This document shows, in pieces, positions 39,290 through 52,409 of a stretch of DNA of 64,000 nt. Position numbers and translations under genes: made by a program. Position 1 is the stretch's first letter; every line of letters begins with the position of its first letter. Below the pieces are notes generated by a model. The model had not been told where the DNA came from and ran no database searches. It saw only the letters and a list, made by a program, of their open reading frames with translations. Source of the DNA: Gnetum montanum (Eukaryota > Plantae > Gnetophyta); contig MNCI01000651.1 in the NCBI GenBank assembly GCA_015680685.1, positions 1,789,832-1,853,831 on the forward strand, given 5' to 3'.

Positions 39290-39820
39290 CTTGGTAGTCT
39301 GTAGGTCCCAGTTTTAAGTCCTGGTAGACTACTGTTGCTAGTTTTAAGTCTCAGCAGACCATGGTCCCAGTTTAAAGTCTGGGCAGACTGAAAAATGCTA
39401 GTTTTACATCGTAGCGGATGGCAGTAGAACTGATTTATGGTCTCGGTAGACCGTGATGTGGATGTTAGTTTCATGTCGTGACCCAGGGACAAATCTGTGC
39501 TGGTTTCACATCTCAGTAGACGAATACTTACTTGTGTCAGTTTTATGTCATAGTGGATAGCCGATGCCAGTTTAGCGTCGTGGCGAACGTGTGTAGGAAA
39601 TGCCAGTTTTACATCTTAGTGGACCTATACAACACTGCCCGTTTTACATCGCAGTGGATGATTGCAATTTTCTAGTTTTACGTCGTGGCGGACGATCGTT
39701 GCTAGTTTAGCGTCGTGGTAGACACGTGCGGAAAGTGCCAGTTTAGCATCATGGCGGACGTGTGAGGAGAGTACTAGTTTTATGTCATAGTGGACGATCA
39801 CTGTGCCTAATGTTAACACT
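39290..39820. repeat. Degenerate tandem repeats (about 35 bp, GCCAGTTTAGCGTCGTGGCGGAC core) in the Tat 3' UTR
   Basis: Recurrent CAGTTT(T)A(C/G)(A/C)..GT(A/G)G(C/T)GGA motif just downstream of the integrase stop. Confidence 0.8.
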
Positions 39821-39830
39821 AGATATGCAG

Positions 39831-42800
39831 CTAAATGTAGTATCGCTTTAGGTATATATGGTTCATGGGGTTTGGTAACTCATTGTCGTTGATATCTGCT
39901 AGCTTGAATGCACCATTGCCATACACATCAGCTACCAAGAAAGGGTCCTCCCAGTTTGCAGAGAACTTGCCTACTGGTTCGCGAATGGCCTTGAGAACCA
40001 AATCTCCCTTCTCGATTGGACATTGTTGAAGATTATGACAATGTTTATGCCTCTGCTAATCTTGATACTTTTCGATGGTATCAAGCATCTGTATTCGCTT
40101 CTCCTCTACTGAGTCCAAATCCATGATCTGAGACTCGGTGTGTTGAGCATCATTTATAATCATGGAGAGGACCATCTACAGAGAAGGAACTTGTAATTCG
40201 AGTGGCAGCACTACCTCAGATCCATAGACTAGGCTATAGGGTGTACTGTTTGTAGCTATTCTACATGTGGTACGATACACCCATAGCACATAGAGGATCT
40301 TTTCATGCCATCATCTTTTGTTGCTGCTGAGCATTTTCTTGAGCAAATTGATAATGACCTTGTTTGTTGCTTCGGCTTGACCATTTGCTTGCGAGTAATA
40401 AGGTGAGGAAAAAGATTGTTTGATACTAAGGTTATCAAAAAAAGATTTGTTTTCCACACTGCTAAATTATGGCCCATTGTTGGTCATGATAGTCATCAGG
40501 AGGCCAAATCTAGTTACAATGTTGTCCAAAATGAAATGGTAGATCTGTTGAGATGTGATCTTTCGCAAAGGGATGGCTTCCACCCACTTCGTGAAATACT
40601 CAATAGCGGTGATTATGAAGCTGTGACCTGCGAAATATTTTGGTGTGATAGGCCCTATGATGTCTAATCCCCATCGTTGAAAGAGCCATGTAATTTGAGT
40701 TGTGTGTAGTTTCGTAGGTGACACATGTACAAGGTTTGCGTAACGCTGACACATGTTGCATGTTTTAACCTTTGTAAGATGGTATTTTTCCATATATGGC
40801 CAATAGTGCCCTAAGCGATGGATTTTAGCGGCCATGGCCTGTGGGGCTACATGTCCTTCGCATAGTCCCTTGTGAACTTCGTCGACTATACATTGTGCTT
40901 GATCTTTGTTAACGCAAGTAAGCAATACTCCATCGAAAGAGCATCTACAAAGGGTACTATCTCCTATGATGATGTATTGCTTAGCTTGCTTGCGGATTAC
41001 ATCTTTTTATGCGCGTGTTAGCTCGTGTGGTGGTTCGCTATGCAGGAGGTAAGCTTTAATATTATCGAACCACTCTAGTGTTCTATCCGTGAGTAGAGAA
41101 GATATTTGCGTTGTCTAAATGACAAGATCTGTACACTCTGTCATTAAGGTGGGACAAGTGTCAAACAGGTGCGATGGCACATTTAAAGCTAATGTAGCCA
41201 GTGCATCAGCTAGCGTGTTGTCATTTCGAGGCACGTGTTGGGCATCGGTTGCTGCGAACTACTTCAGAAGATCTTTAGCCATATCGCAGTAGGGTTGTAA
41301 ATGTGCAGCCTTGCAGGCATAGACTCTTGTGATTTGATTTATAACAAGCATCGAATCGCCTCTAATCACCAGGTGTTGAACATCAAGCTCTCTGGCTTTT
41401 AATAATTCCCTGAGGAGCCCCTTGTACTCTGCCACGTTGTTCGTACAAGGAAAGGTCAAGCGGTAAGTGTGCAGATGTACATTCTCAGGTGACAGCGTAA
41501 TGACCGTAGCGACACTGCTGCCTCTAATGGTTGAAGCTCCATCAAAATGTAACGTTGCTTCGAGGTCTATTAGGATAGGGCTTAGACTATGTACATGCTC
41601 ATCGAGAAATTCAGGCTCTATCATCATCTGACTGTCAATAGGTGATGTTATTAGTTGGTTAGCTATCGCTTGGCCTTTCATAGAAGATTGACCAATATAA
41701 TGCAAATCAAATTCTGCCGTGATAGCTTTCCAATGAGCTATCTTACTACTTTCATATAGGTTGTGCCTAATATCCCTAAGGATGTTATTTTTGCAAATTA
41801 TGTTGACTTGGCTACAGAAGAGATAATGTCTACACTTTTCATATGCTAATGCTAAACAATTACGCTCTACTTCATTATACCTCATTTCATATGCACATAG
41901 AGCATGACTCAAGTAGTAGATGGGTACTTTTAACCCATCATCCCTCTTTTGACAGAGTAATGCAGCTAAGGCTACATCTAAGGTTGCGAGCTAGATGTAG
42001 AACGACTGATCCCTTTGTGGCGGAAATAATGTTGGCAAGCATTGAAATTCTTATTTCAAACTATCAAACGCATGCTGACAATCATCTGTCCATTCGAAAT
42101 TAACTCCCTTTTGAAGCAGATGATGCATAGGGTGTAATTTATCGGTTAATCTCGAGATGAACCACCTGATAAATTGTAACTGCCCTTGCAATCCACGTAA
42201 TTTCTTAAGATTTGTAGGGTGCATCAATTCAATGATGGCCTTGACCTTATCAGGGTCTACTCGTATGCTAGTTTCCAATACCACAAACCCCAGCATACGT
42301 CTAGTTTTGACTTTGAATACGCACTTCTTTGGGTTGAGCCGAAGGTCGAATTTAGAGCATCTTTTAAGGACTAACTCCAGATCCTCCTAATGATCTTCTG
42401 ACCTTATAAACTTAACAGCTATATCATCAACATAATAATTCAGTCTCCCTAGGAGGTAATCGCTAAATATGTACGTCATAGCTCATTGATACGTAGCTCC
42501 AGCATTTTTTAAACCAAAGGGCATCATAGTGTAATAGAAGGTCTCCTAGGGTGCCATGAATGTCATTGTCAGCTGGTGTTCTGGGTTGATGCGAATTTGA
42601 TTATAGCCTGAGAAGCCATCCATGAAGGATAAAAGTGCATGCCCAGTGGTTGTATCCACTAGTTGGTCGATACTCAGTAGTGGGAAATTTTCCTTGATTG
42701 TGGCTTTGTTTAAGTCTCGAAAGTCTATGCAGATGCGTATCCCTCCAGTCTTCTTAGGGACAACTACAATATTAGATATCCAATCTGAGTAATCGACTGC

Positions 42801-43299
42801 TTGGATAAAACCAACCTGGTATAGTTTAGTGATCTCATCATGTACTACTAGCGCAACCTCTGGCTTAATTTTCTGTGCTTTTTGTCTAATTTCTTTGATA
42901 CGAGGATTTAGAATTATGTTTTGTTGTATTAGCCTTGGATCTAGTCCCGACATATCTTCATATGACCGTGCGAATACTGTGATGTTGTTCTGGAGCACCT
43001 ATTTTATGTTGTCATGTGCCTTTTGGTCCAGTAAAGAACTAACCTTAAGAGTTTTAGTCTCACCTTTATGTGTAACCACAGAGACCTCGTTAAGGGGGTC
43101 TTCGGTTACGTCTCCAGCTTCCAGATCTAGCGTGCACGTCGATTGTCCTGGCTAGTCTAGAGATGTTTCTGACGTGGCTATGGTTGTGTCATTGAGGGCA
43201 AGGTTAGTTTCTACTAGCATGGAATCAAATTGTCTAATGATTTCCCCATGTGCGCCTGTTAAAGCTAGGGGTGCAGATAAAGTTTCGTCCATTTGCCAA
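39831..43299 (-). pseudogene. pol: Tat pol: RT, RNase H, additional RNase H (aRH), integrase
   Basis: One frame broken only by stops: RICIDFRDLNKA, SFMDGFSGYNQI, YVDD (about 42430); RH; aRH LHFDGAS...TNNVAEY...GDSMLVINQ; integrase HHCC, WGLDIIGP, GPF module ending ...YLKRYYI*. Confidence 0.95.
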
Positions 43300-46200
43300 C
43301 TATCTTGCAAAATTGCCAAATATAAAAGTAATTAAGAAGATGCTAAGTTAAGTGCCGCCAATATTAACGTATGATGCTTCATTTAGTCTAAAAAGAAAAG
43401 AGTATGGTATGACATTGCTGAGCGTGAGAAGCTAACTGAATTTTGAATACCGTGAATAGCCTATAATTAATGTGACCTGATTACGAGGTGATAAGGTGTA
43501 GTAGTTTAAGGTCGTTTCGGACTGTAATGCATGTGATATCCGTTGTATTAATTGCCTGATCTTTGGGTTCCAGCTCATGCTGACACCATCATTTGGGCAA
43601 GTCCCACTTTAATCGGGCATCAAGTTGGTTAGTTTTGCATATAAGTAGGCAGTCCTTATCGAAAACAGGTTGTTGGCTATTGCAAATTCGAATTCAGTTG
43701 TCGTAGAGAGAGGGAGAAAGAGCAAAAGATAGCAGCGCGTTATTTGTGAAGGTTTTCAGGACTGTAACCATGGCACCGAAGGTAAGAGGAAAGAATGTCA
43801 AATTGGAAAAAATTGATGAAGTACAAGGGAGTCTGCAGCGTGCTTCGCAGGCCTTGGTCGAAGTAAGAGATGTCACTCCCATGAATCGGTAGGCCATCCC
43901 TTACTTACTCGTATTGCTTTCAGTGATATGAATTTTTTTTATTGTGTTTATTCTTTTGCGTCATTTGCGTAAACTAGAGTTTTAGGGATGTATTGAAACA
44001 AGGGTTTAGGTAGCGGTATTACGTCCATCACTATTGTCTGAGACAAACCTTGCACTATTACAAGGGTTTAAGCGATTTCGGTTGTGTGGCTAAAACATAA
44101 TTTGTAATTTTTCCTATGGTTTTCCTAAGCATGTAATGGAATCTAGATAGTAATGTGTTCATATTTTGTACAACATAATGGTGAAGCCTGTCCTAATCAT
44201 TTTGGACATAGTTGGGATTTTATGTTGTATAAACCCTCCCATAGCCAATCTTCCTCCCCCTCAGACTTGTTTGCAGGGGAAGGAAATATGGTTTCAGAAG
44301 GGTGCGTTGGAGTTTTTGCAATTTTTATTGAGTAACTACAGCATCATCGTCTGGTCACATTTTTTGGGTGATGTGGCTAGGGCTATTTTGGAACATTTGT
44401 TAGTCGGTTCTACACAAGGCATCTTGGCTTTCCTGACAGACGGGGCTATTGATACTGGTCATCCTCAAGACTGCAAACTTAGCGCCAGAGGATTCAGGAT
44501 TTTAAGTTGGATCTGGGAGATGCCCAGATTTAGCTGTTATCATGCATATAATATTTTGTTCATGGCCCATCATGTCTCAACCTACTTTCATAATCCACCA
44601 GGCACGGTGTATTATTCGGGCGGGTAAGTCATTTTACTTGTGGTATTGTTAATATGTTTTCTAATGTCTGAATTTGCAAAACGTAGGATAGTAATGTGCC
44701 ATATGATACAGGTTTTTCATCAACAAAAATGGGCTATTGGGTAATAATGATACATTGTCCTGGACCGAGAGGGCGATAAATGAATTTACGTCCACTAGCA
44801 ACGTACGCGTCGGTGTAATGGGGTAAATGGCCTTCAAAATTCTTGAGTATCCTACCCGTTATGTTGATTCCTTCAAGAGTTGTTAGAACCTTGGGTGGTT
44901 ACATGAGGAATGGACTTTGAACCTGCCCCTCACCCTCGCGAACGTGCAAAGGAAGCTTCCTCCATTTACTTTGCCATTCGGACTTGGTAAGTTTTCGTTG
45001 CTACAGTTAGTTATAGGATATTATTTTTTGAAATGTTGTGTAACATTGTTTTTGCTATCTTGACTTGTGTCTTGTGTTATCAGTTAGGGAATCTCGGGAA
45101 GTTACCATCATGATTTCTGGCTGCGAGGCGAACACCCTCCTTTTCCATTATGGCAACATAAAGGAAGCACAACGCTGGCTTGGCCACGTGGCAGTCCCAA
45201 TTGCATTGGTAACTAAGCTACGGGAGGCGAGGCTGATGCATTTGTTTCTAGCTATAACTCCCAATGTCCCCACAAGCAAAATGTTAACCCTGGTTAACTC
45301 CTTCAGCGAGGGAGATAAATATTTTTGCACACGTGTGTGTAATGTGCATGTTCATTTTGATATTGACGCTTAGCTATTTACTGACCTCTTCAGCGTCCCC
45401 TCCGATGGTCTTCCCATAGAGGAAAAATCAAGGAGAAGCGTCAAATGTCAGGAAGAGCTGGAGGAGTGGTTGGGGACTAAGAAGGACACAAAGGGGATTC
45501 CTTGTGAAAAGATTGAGTTAGAGGTCGCTAAGACCATTTATCCCATCTTCTAGGTCCAGGCTTTTCCCAGAACACTCTCGTAGGGGAAGTTCTTTACTAT
45601 AGAATAGGCCCATATCATGCAAGAGGTGATTAAGGAAGGGACCCAATTCGACTGGGCAAGCTATTTTGCTGAGGGGTTACGCACTGAGATGATCAGGCTC
45701 TGCCAAAAGCTTGAGTCCCATTTTAGTGTGCACTTCGCCTTCTTCATAGCTTGCCTTCGGCGTTTTACCAAATTTTTGGTGGTCCAGAGGAATGGGGTCT
45801 GGGTGCAATAGGACCGAGACCAGTTATCCAAACCTTGGATTTCCCATCTCTTCAGCACTACCCGATCACAGGATCCTCCGGAGGGAATTGGGGAGTTGCT
45901 TTCTATAATGACTAGGGGTGTGGTGGTACCTCGAACGTGAGGCCCTGACAGCGTAGGTGGGGTGCTTCCCTCTTACACTAGTGATGCATCACGGGGGAAG
46001 CGCCTGGCGGTAGAGATAGTAGATGTCTCGGTTAAACGTAAAAGGCCTCATCTAACCAAGGCACCTGTGGAACCAGCGGGTGGCACGGGCAGAACTGTAC
46101 AAGTCAAGTTTCAGTGAAGTAAACCTCTGCCTGGTAAGTGTAAGGATATAGTAAAAGTTATGGTAATTGCTATATTATGCAACTTATTCAAGGTATTTTT

Positions 46201-48328
46201 GAATTATTTGAGTGCATTATATGGTATAAACAGGGAGACCTATAGAGTGGTTGACCCTGAAACAGGGGCAGTGGTATTACGGTGTGGGGAAGGGGCCCTA
46301 GTTTTGGAAGAGGAGGCCTCGACTATTAGAGTGAGTGACACACAGACCCTTATGTGCAAGGAGAGAGAGGAGGTGGAGAACGTTGATGCACTCCCCACTG
46401 GAACAGGTAGAGGTAATCAGTCTATTAAAATTTTTAAGGCATTCTGTTAGTAACCAAAAATTTTGACTTAATTACACTACAGATGAATGAGGTGCATCCC
46501 CGTCTGCCGTTGTAAGCAGAGTGTGGGGGGAATTCCTTGATAAATTTACCTTTATTGAAGGCATCATCGGTGATATGATCGAGCACCTAGAGCACATCGA
46601 CCCTGGGGTTGGTATGTTGAGGCTATGGTATGCTTATTTTGTATAAGGTTATAGTGTTTAATTACATTTGATCTAATATTTATTATTAGGAGCTCACCTT
46701 CGATGGGACTCTACAGAGCCCATTGACCTAGACACTATCGAGCCTTCATCGGAAGGAACGGTCGTGCCATGCAACATTTATGAGGAAATGCGTAAATGTG
46801 CATTATGCTCGACCCGCTCCTTGTGGGAGAGTCAAAATGTCAATGAAGACCTCTGGAAGAAGTTGCAGAGATCAGAGAAGGAAAGGATGTCTTTGACCAA
46901 AGAGGTTAGAGACTTAAGGTCATGATGTGAATTCCTGCAAGCTCAAGGAATAGGTGAAGAAGACTGACGAACAGCTGTCATTGACTATGCTCACTACTAG
47001 ACCGCGGTCAGGAACAGCGTACAAACCAGTCATGAATTGGTTGAGCAAAGGAAGCAAATAGAGATCTTGGCCCAGAAGAATTAGGACTGGAAGGACTTTT
47101 TTGCAAGTGTCCAAGAGTGGGAGCAGAAGCCAGAAAGATGATAAGCACCTGTATAAGCGAGAAAGTATCACTTATCGTTAGCATTATTGAGATTTTATCG
47201 TTAAAGCTCAATCCTTGTGATTGTTCCTTGATGTCATTGGTGCATCTAAGGCCTTCGAGAAGTTCCAGGAGCAGGTGACGGTGAGCACGTCCCCAGAAAG
47301 AGAAATTACTCTTCCTGGGGAAGAGACCACAGTCCCTACCTTCTTCCCCAAACCACCCCGGTGGACCAGCATGGAGAAAGGGAAGGTGAAGCCTGAAACT
47401 AATCTGGGGAATGGAGTTTGGTCTGAGTTGACTGAAGACGATATTATGCAATGCCTGTGGGTCAGTTTAGATCAACTCCCCTTTGCTGCGGATGCAGGAC
47501 CATCACGAGTAAGTTTGAGTGTTATTGAATTTAAATTTTCTAACTTATCCTATCATGGATTTTGCTTATGTACTTGTTGTATGTAGTTACAAGGAACGGA
47601 TGAAGAAGATGGATAGAATGAGGAGCATGTTCAAGAAGGAGAGCGTAATGACATAGAATGTCCCCTTGGGGAGCAAGTGTTAGTGCAAGAACCCTATGAA
47701 GATGACATTCCTCATGAAGGAATGTTCCCTAAAAGGGACGGACCATACGAAGATGATTTTTTAGGCTTAGAGGTAGACTTAAGGGATACGGGTGACAGTG
47801 GTACTAGAGGGGATGCATAATTATGATTACGCACGATTTTATTTATGAGATGAACAAAGACGATATGAATTTTGGGCATGATTAATCAAGAAATTTTCTT
47901 TTATGGTTTCTAATTTTATGTCTTTATTTATACAAAGCGTAAATAGAATTTTTGAAGGTTTTGGATAGGTGGCGTTATTGCAATCGTCGAATGGAGTTGC
48001 TAGTTTAAGGCCATTGCGGGCCGTCACATAGCGTTTGCATAAGATATAAATGAATTAGCTAGTTTTAGGCCATTGCGGGCCATTTGCATATGTCAGAGAA
48101 TGAAATTGGTAGAAGTGTACATATTTGCGTAATTGTACTAATATAGCTAATAGGAGTCAAGAAGCGTAAATGGTGTAAACTGGGAAACGTAAATGGTGTA
48201 AACTGGGAAATGTAAATGGTGTAATCGACAGAAGACATATATATATGTATGTTAAAAAAAAGTGATAGTCAAAATAGATAAGTGTAAATGGAAAAATTAA
48301 TAAAAAATGTAAAGATGCACGTACATAC
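43300..48328 (-). other. Predicted 5.03-kb intron between protease and RT (Ogre-like)
   Basis: Minus-strand donor TG|GTATGT (48328) and acceptor ...TTTTGCAAGATAG|T (43300) are both phase 2, so splicing joins gag-PR to pol in frame. Confidence 0.65.
43770..47820 (+). pseudogene. Antisense multi-exon (about 8) gene: FCP1/NIF HAD-phosphatase-like domain, plant-mobile-domain-like region, coiled coil, acidic tail
   Basis: ATG at 43770 (MAPKVRGK). Donors at 43889, 44624, 44987, 46134, about 46407, about 46612 and 47509; acceptors at 44173 (AA, presumably mutated AG), 44711, 45083, 46233, 46482, 46689 and 47586; AT-rich introns. Exon 2 reads LIILDIVGILC...WFQKGALEFLQFLLSNYSIIVWS...YHAYNILFM......HNPPGT. 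Scattered premature stops. Confidence 0.75.
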
Positions 48329-51300
48329 CATGCAGGTCAATCACTAGCCTGTAATTGTTTCTTGATGGCTTTTATGTTGAGTGGTGCGTAAGGGTGAGGA
48401 GATTTATGGCCTAACTCTTTCACATCATCCTCTTCTCCCTAAAATGGTAGGTTGGCCTAGGCTAGATTGTCATTAGTCATTTCGACTCGTTCGGAAATTT
48501 GGATATGGGTTTGATCTTCGGGCGTTTTGATCTCCGAACCCCATTCTTCCTCAATGTTATTGATAGTTCTAGGAGTTATTTCATCACTGTGTATTGCTAC
48601 CTCTTCCCCTGCATAAGGTAGGTGTATATCTTGGTGTATTGGTGATGAAACTACCCTCAATTGGGCTAGCCAGGACCTCCCTAGAATCAGGTTGAAACTG
48701 GGCATCTCCTCGACAACGATAAATGTGGCATCTATTGGGAATTGGTCTCCTACGACAAAATCGATATGCACCATCCACTTGACTTGAACTCATGCCCCAT
48801 TGAACGAATTTAGACATGGTGTCATCGTAGGACTAATCTGGTCGACCAAACCCAACTTATCCATTATAGGATAAGGGATGACATTCATAGCTGCGCCATC
48901 GTCAACATGCACCCTCCAGATCCGGTGTTGACCAACCCGAATGGTGATGAACATGGGTTCTATTATCACTTGACCTTTCTCAGGATCATCTTTGATGGAT
49001 TCATCGTGAAAGGCCAATGGGGTAGGTTTGGGTCACTCAGCAGCAGGGGAAAACATGACAGCATGTATCGCTTCCTCCTCCGCTGGTAAGCCTTCATCCA
49101 CAGGTATGGATGTCAGCATGTGGACCATAGCCTCATGGTGCTTTTGAGATGTCATAAGTAAGTCATAGAGGCTCAATGTTGTGTTCTTCTATTTTAGAGC
49201 CTGCTTAACTTGTGTAAATGCGTCAAGGAGGTCCTGTTCTCAGCTCGGTTGCTTGTCTCCTCTGTCTTCTTCCATTCGTCCTAAGAGACAAATTTCCCTA
49301 GGTGGAATAACGTCAGTCAGAGGGTTGTATTTCTTCCTGACAAGGGGAGGTGGTTGTGTTTCTATACCCTTGTCTTACCCATAAGGTGCAGGCAAAGGTA
49401 CAGAAGCTAGGGGCCTAGGCTTAGCAAAGCCTAGCATAGAGTGGTTTTTGGTGGCGTTAATTGATGCATCACCTTCCCTTTTTTTATTAGGTGGTGGTTG
49501 ATGGTTTTTATTAGAGATTTTCCCCTACGTAAAAGGGGTAGCTGATGTTTTTTGTGCTCTAAGGATGAAAGGCTCCTTAGGAGTAGGCGTGGGTGTGGCC
49601 GCTGCTTTATTGTTAACGTGAGACCACATTATGGCTTGAGAGGGCATCCAAATAACAAAGGGTGGCCTCGAGGTGCTACTAATTGCCAGTGAAGAACTTG
49701 CCCCCTGGGGTGAACTGGTAGGTACATGTAACACAAAGGGTTTCTTAGGTGGTACCTTCCCTTCACTGTCCATACTTACCACGTTGATGGTGTACGGTGC
49801 ATTATTTGCATTTAATAGGTCTTTGTACACATGCATCACCTAGTTTTCAGGACGTGTTGGACTACTGCTATCTAATTTCAAAGAACCATCATCAATCATG
49901 TGTTGAATATCGTTCTTCAACACCCAGCAGTAATCGGTGTCATGACCACACAACTGGTGGTAGTCACAAAAACAGTCTAGCCTGAAAGACTTAGGGATTG
50001 GCGGCTCGTTAGGTAGAGCTAAAGAAGGATTCTTCAACAATTCACAATGACGCCTGTGATGCTGTAGAGCTTCTTCGGATATTCTTTTGTTCTGAATATA
50101 TCCTACTCCTAATAATTGTTTCAACAGTTCCGAATGCTTTATAGGCAAGGCTGTATATTTTGAGCGATCCTCATGCTTGAAGTTTGGTTTTGATTGTGGG
50201 GGCTTTTCAGGGGCAAGTGCATCTTGGCTGGTGCTTCTTGCACTAGCCGTGGTCTCGGTAGACGCTATGGGTGCCTTCTTGTTATTCTTGTTTTTAGTGT
50301 CCTCGGCCAGCGCAGCTACTGTCATCGTCGTTGCTTTACCTTTATCTTTACCCTTATTGTTGGCATTTTTATAGGCCACATACGCTGGGTCCTTGCTAGC
50401 CTCAGTAGCATCTTAGATGCTCTTATTTTGTGTGAAATCCTGGCTCAATGAGTGAGGGGCAAGGTAGTATAGTTTAGACTTGATGAAGTCATTAACTGCT
50501 CCTTTGAAAATAGCCAACAGATGGGCTTCCACGATAGGCTCGGAGATTTCATTTAGAGTAGCGTTCCATCGCTGTATAAACTTTTGGACTGGCTCAAGTG
50601 GGTCTTGTTTCACTCCCATAAGTTTGTCTAGCATGACTTCTAGCTTTAAATTATACTTAAAGCGAGTTACAAATTGTGTTAGGAGCTCTTCCAAGGTTAA
50701 GATGGAAGAGCGAGGGAGTGCTCGATACCAGTCCAAGGATTTACCTGCCAGAGACATTGCAAAGATAGGGATAATCGTATGGGGCCATTATTGTAGTAAC
50801 AAGGTTTCATATCTAAAGGTAATGGGATGAAAATTAGGATCTCCTTCCCCATTATATTTAGTAAAATGAGGCAACAACATCCCTCGAGGCAACGACAGCA
50901 TGCGAACTACTGGGCTGATGGGATCATCATGGTAGAAATCCATGACCTATATCGTATCATAGCCAACAGCTTTAAGGTGCTTAACTTCCTTAGTGAGGGT
51001 CTGAATAAGCGAAAAAGCTTGATCCAGACCTGTTGATGACAAAATTGGTGCTGGTGGAGCAGGGGATTGGACTAAAAGAGCAGTGCTGGGCAATGGGAAG
51101 GGAGCAATGGTTTGGCTGACAGGCAGTGCTACGGGGACTATCCCCACAGATGGAACTACTTGTGAAAACCACCACTCGCCAGGTTGAGCGGAGAAATTGG
51201 CCATCACTGATTGTGTAGGATGGAAGGTGTAAGGATGTTATGTAGTTACTTGCGGGACATGCGTGGTAGATGCGGCTAAGGGTTGTACACTGTATAACGC

Positions 51301-52167
51301 GGATTGATTATGTTGTGCAATAGGCGTGATCCATTGACCAGCCATGGGTTGTTGAACAGATCGCTGCGATTGAATGGTGGTTGTGATCTGTTGCCTTGCA
51401 ATGGGCTGTGACGATAAGGCTTGCATCATATTTTGCACCGGGCATGTTATAGGTGTGTTATGGACTTGCACTTGGGGGATGAAATGGGGTGTGGTAGACG
51501 TAGGTATCACCGACGGAATGCTGATTACATGTGGCGAGGAGATTATCCCCATGTTATTTTGAGATGGCCTTTGTACCTACAAAATCGAGGATTGCATAGT
51601 GGCCTACGGGACAACGGGAATATGCGTTTGGGTGGTCATGATTAGGTTGAGATGGGTAGCCTCTCCTGTGAGAGGATTGAACAGGGGATTCACATATGTA
51701 TGGGGGCTGAGGGTATGGTATGAATCCGCGCATTCAGACTAAGCTGCGAATTCATCTTCCTCCTCCTCCTCATTTTGAGGTTCTAGAATAGACCGTGTAG
51801 TCTGATTCCTAGCTATAACCAGCTGGGACAGGAGTTCATGATAATGATCGATCAGGGGAATAATGTCATACGCAGTAGGGGTGAAGTCTTGACCTCCTCT
51901 GTGGATCAGCTCGTAATTTCGTTTTGCTTTCATCTTGGCCCTGCTAAGGATAAGCTTTGCCTGGATCTTGATGCAAATGAAATTATACTCTTTAGGAGTC
52001 AAGACGGTGAGTGAAGGATCCTTTCCCTGTAATCTCAACGAATGGCGTGACGGTCCCTGAGGTCCTATTACACCGAAAGCTGATCCGGGAATGGTGATGG
52101 GATTTACGGATGTGGCACCTGAGTCAGTGGTGATCATAGCGGTAGTGGTTGCATGTGCAGAATCCAT
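48329..52167 (-). pseudogene. gag: Tat gag-protease frame
   Basis: ORF fragments starting at 52167, 51552, 51207, 50757, 50379, 49839, 49017 and 48774 all share one frame (stops only). Gag SLAGKSLDWYRALPRSSI; Tat-type knuckle CDYHQLCGHDTDYC; protease RVHVDDGAAMNVI...FNLILGRSWL. Confidence 0.92.
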
Positions 52168-52378
52168 TTCTTAGATAGGTCAATGACAACAAATGAAAGG
52201 ATTTAAAAGGAGATGGCCAAAAAAATTACGATTAGGCTTTTTACCCTGTAGGATTCCAAAGGAATCATTACTGTAACCAATCTACACCACACGATTTCGT
52301 AAACTTCCTTAGAGGTATTACGTTTACGTTTTATGAACGTGGGTACGGATTGCTTACAGGGCTACCCGTAAAATACGG

Positions 52379-52409
52379 ATCGGAGGTTCAGGCCCTCCTT
52401 CTAGTGCTA
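52379..52409 (-). promoter_or_regulatory. Primer binding site, tRNA-Asn
   Basis: The plus strand reads TCGGAGGTTCAGGCCCTCCTTCTAGTGCTA, matching the plant tRNA-Asn(GUU) 3' end TCGGAGGTTCGACCCCTCCTTCTAGCGCCA (recalled); 6-nt spacer to the LTR. Confidence 0.8.
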
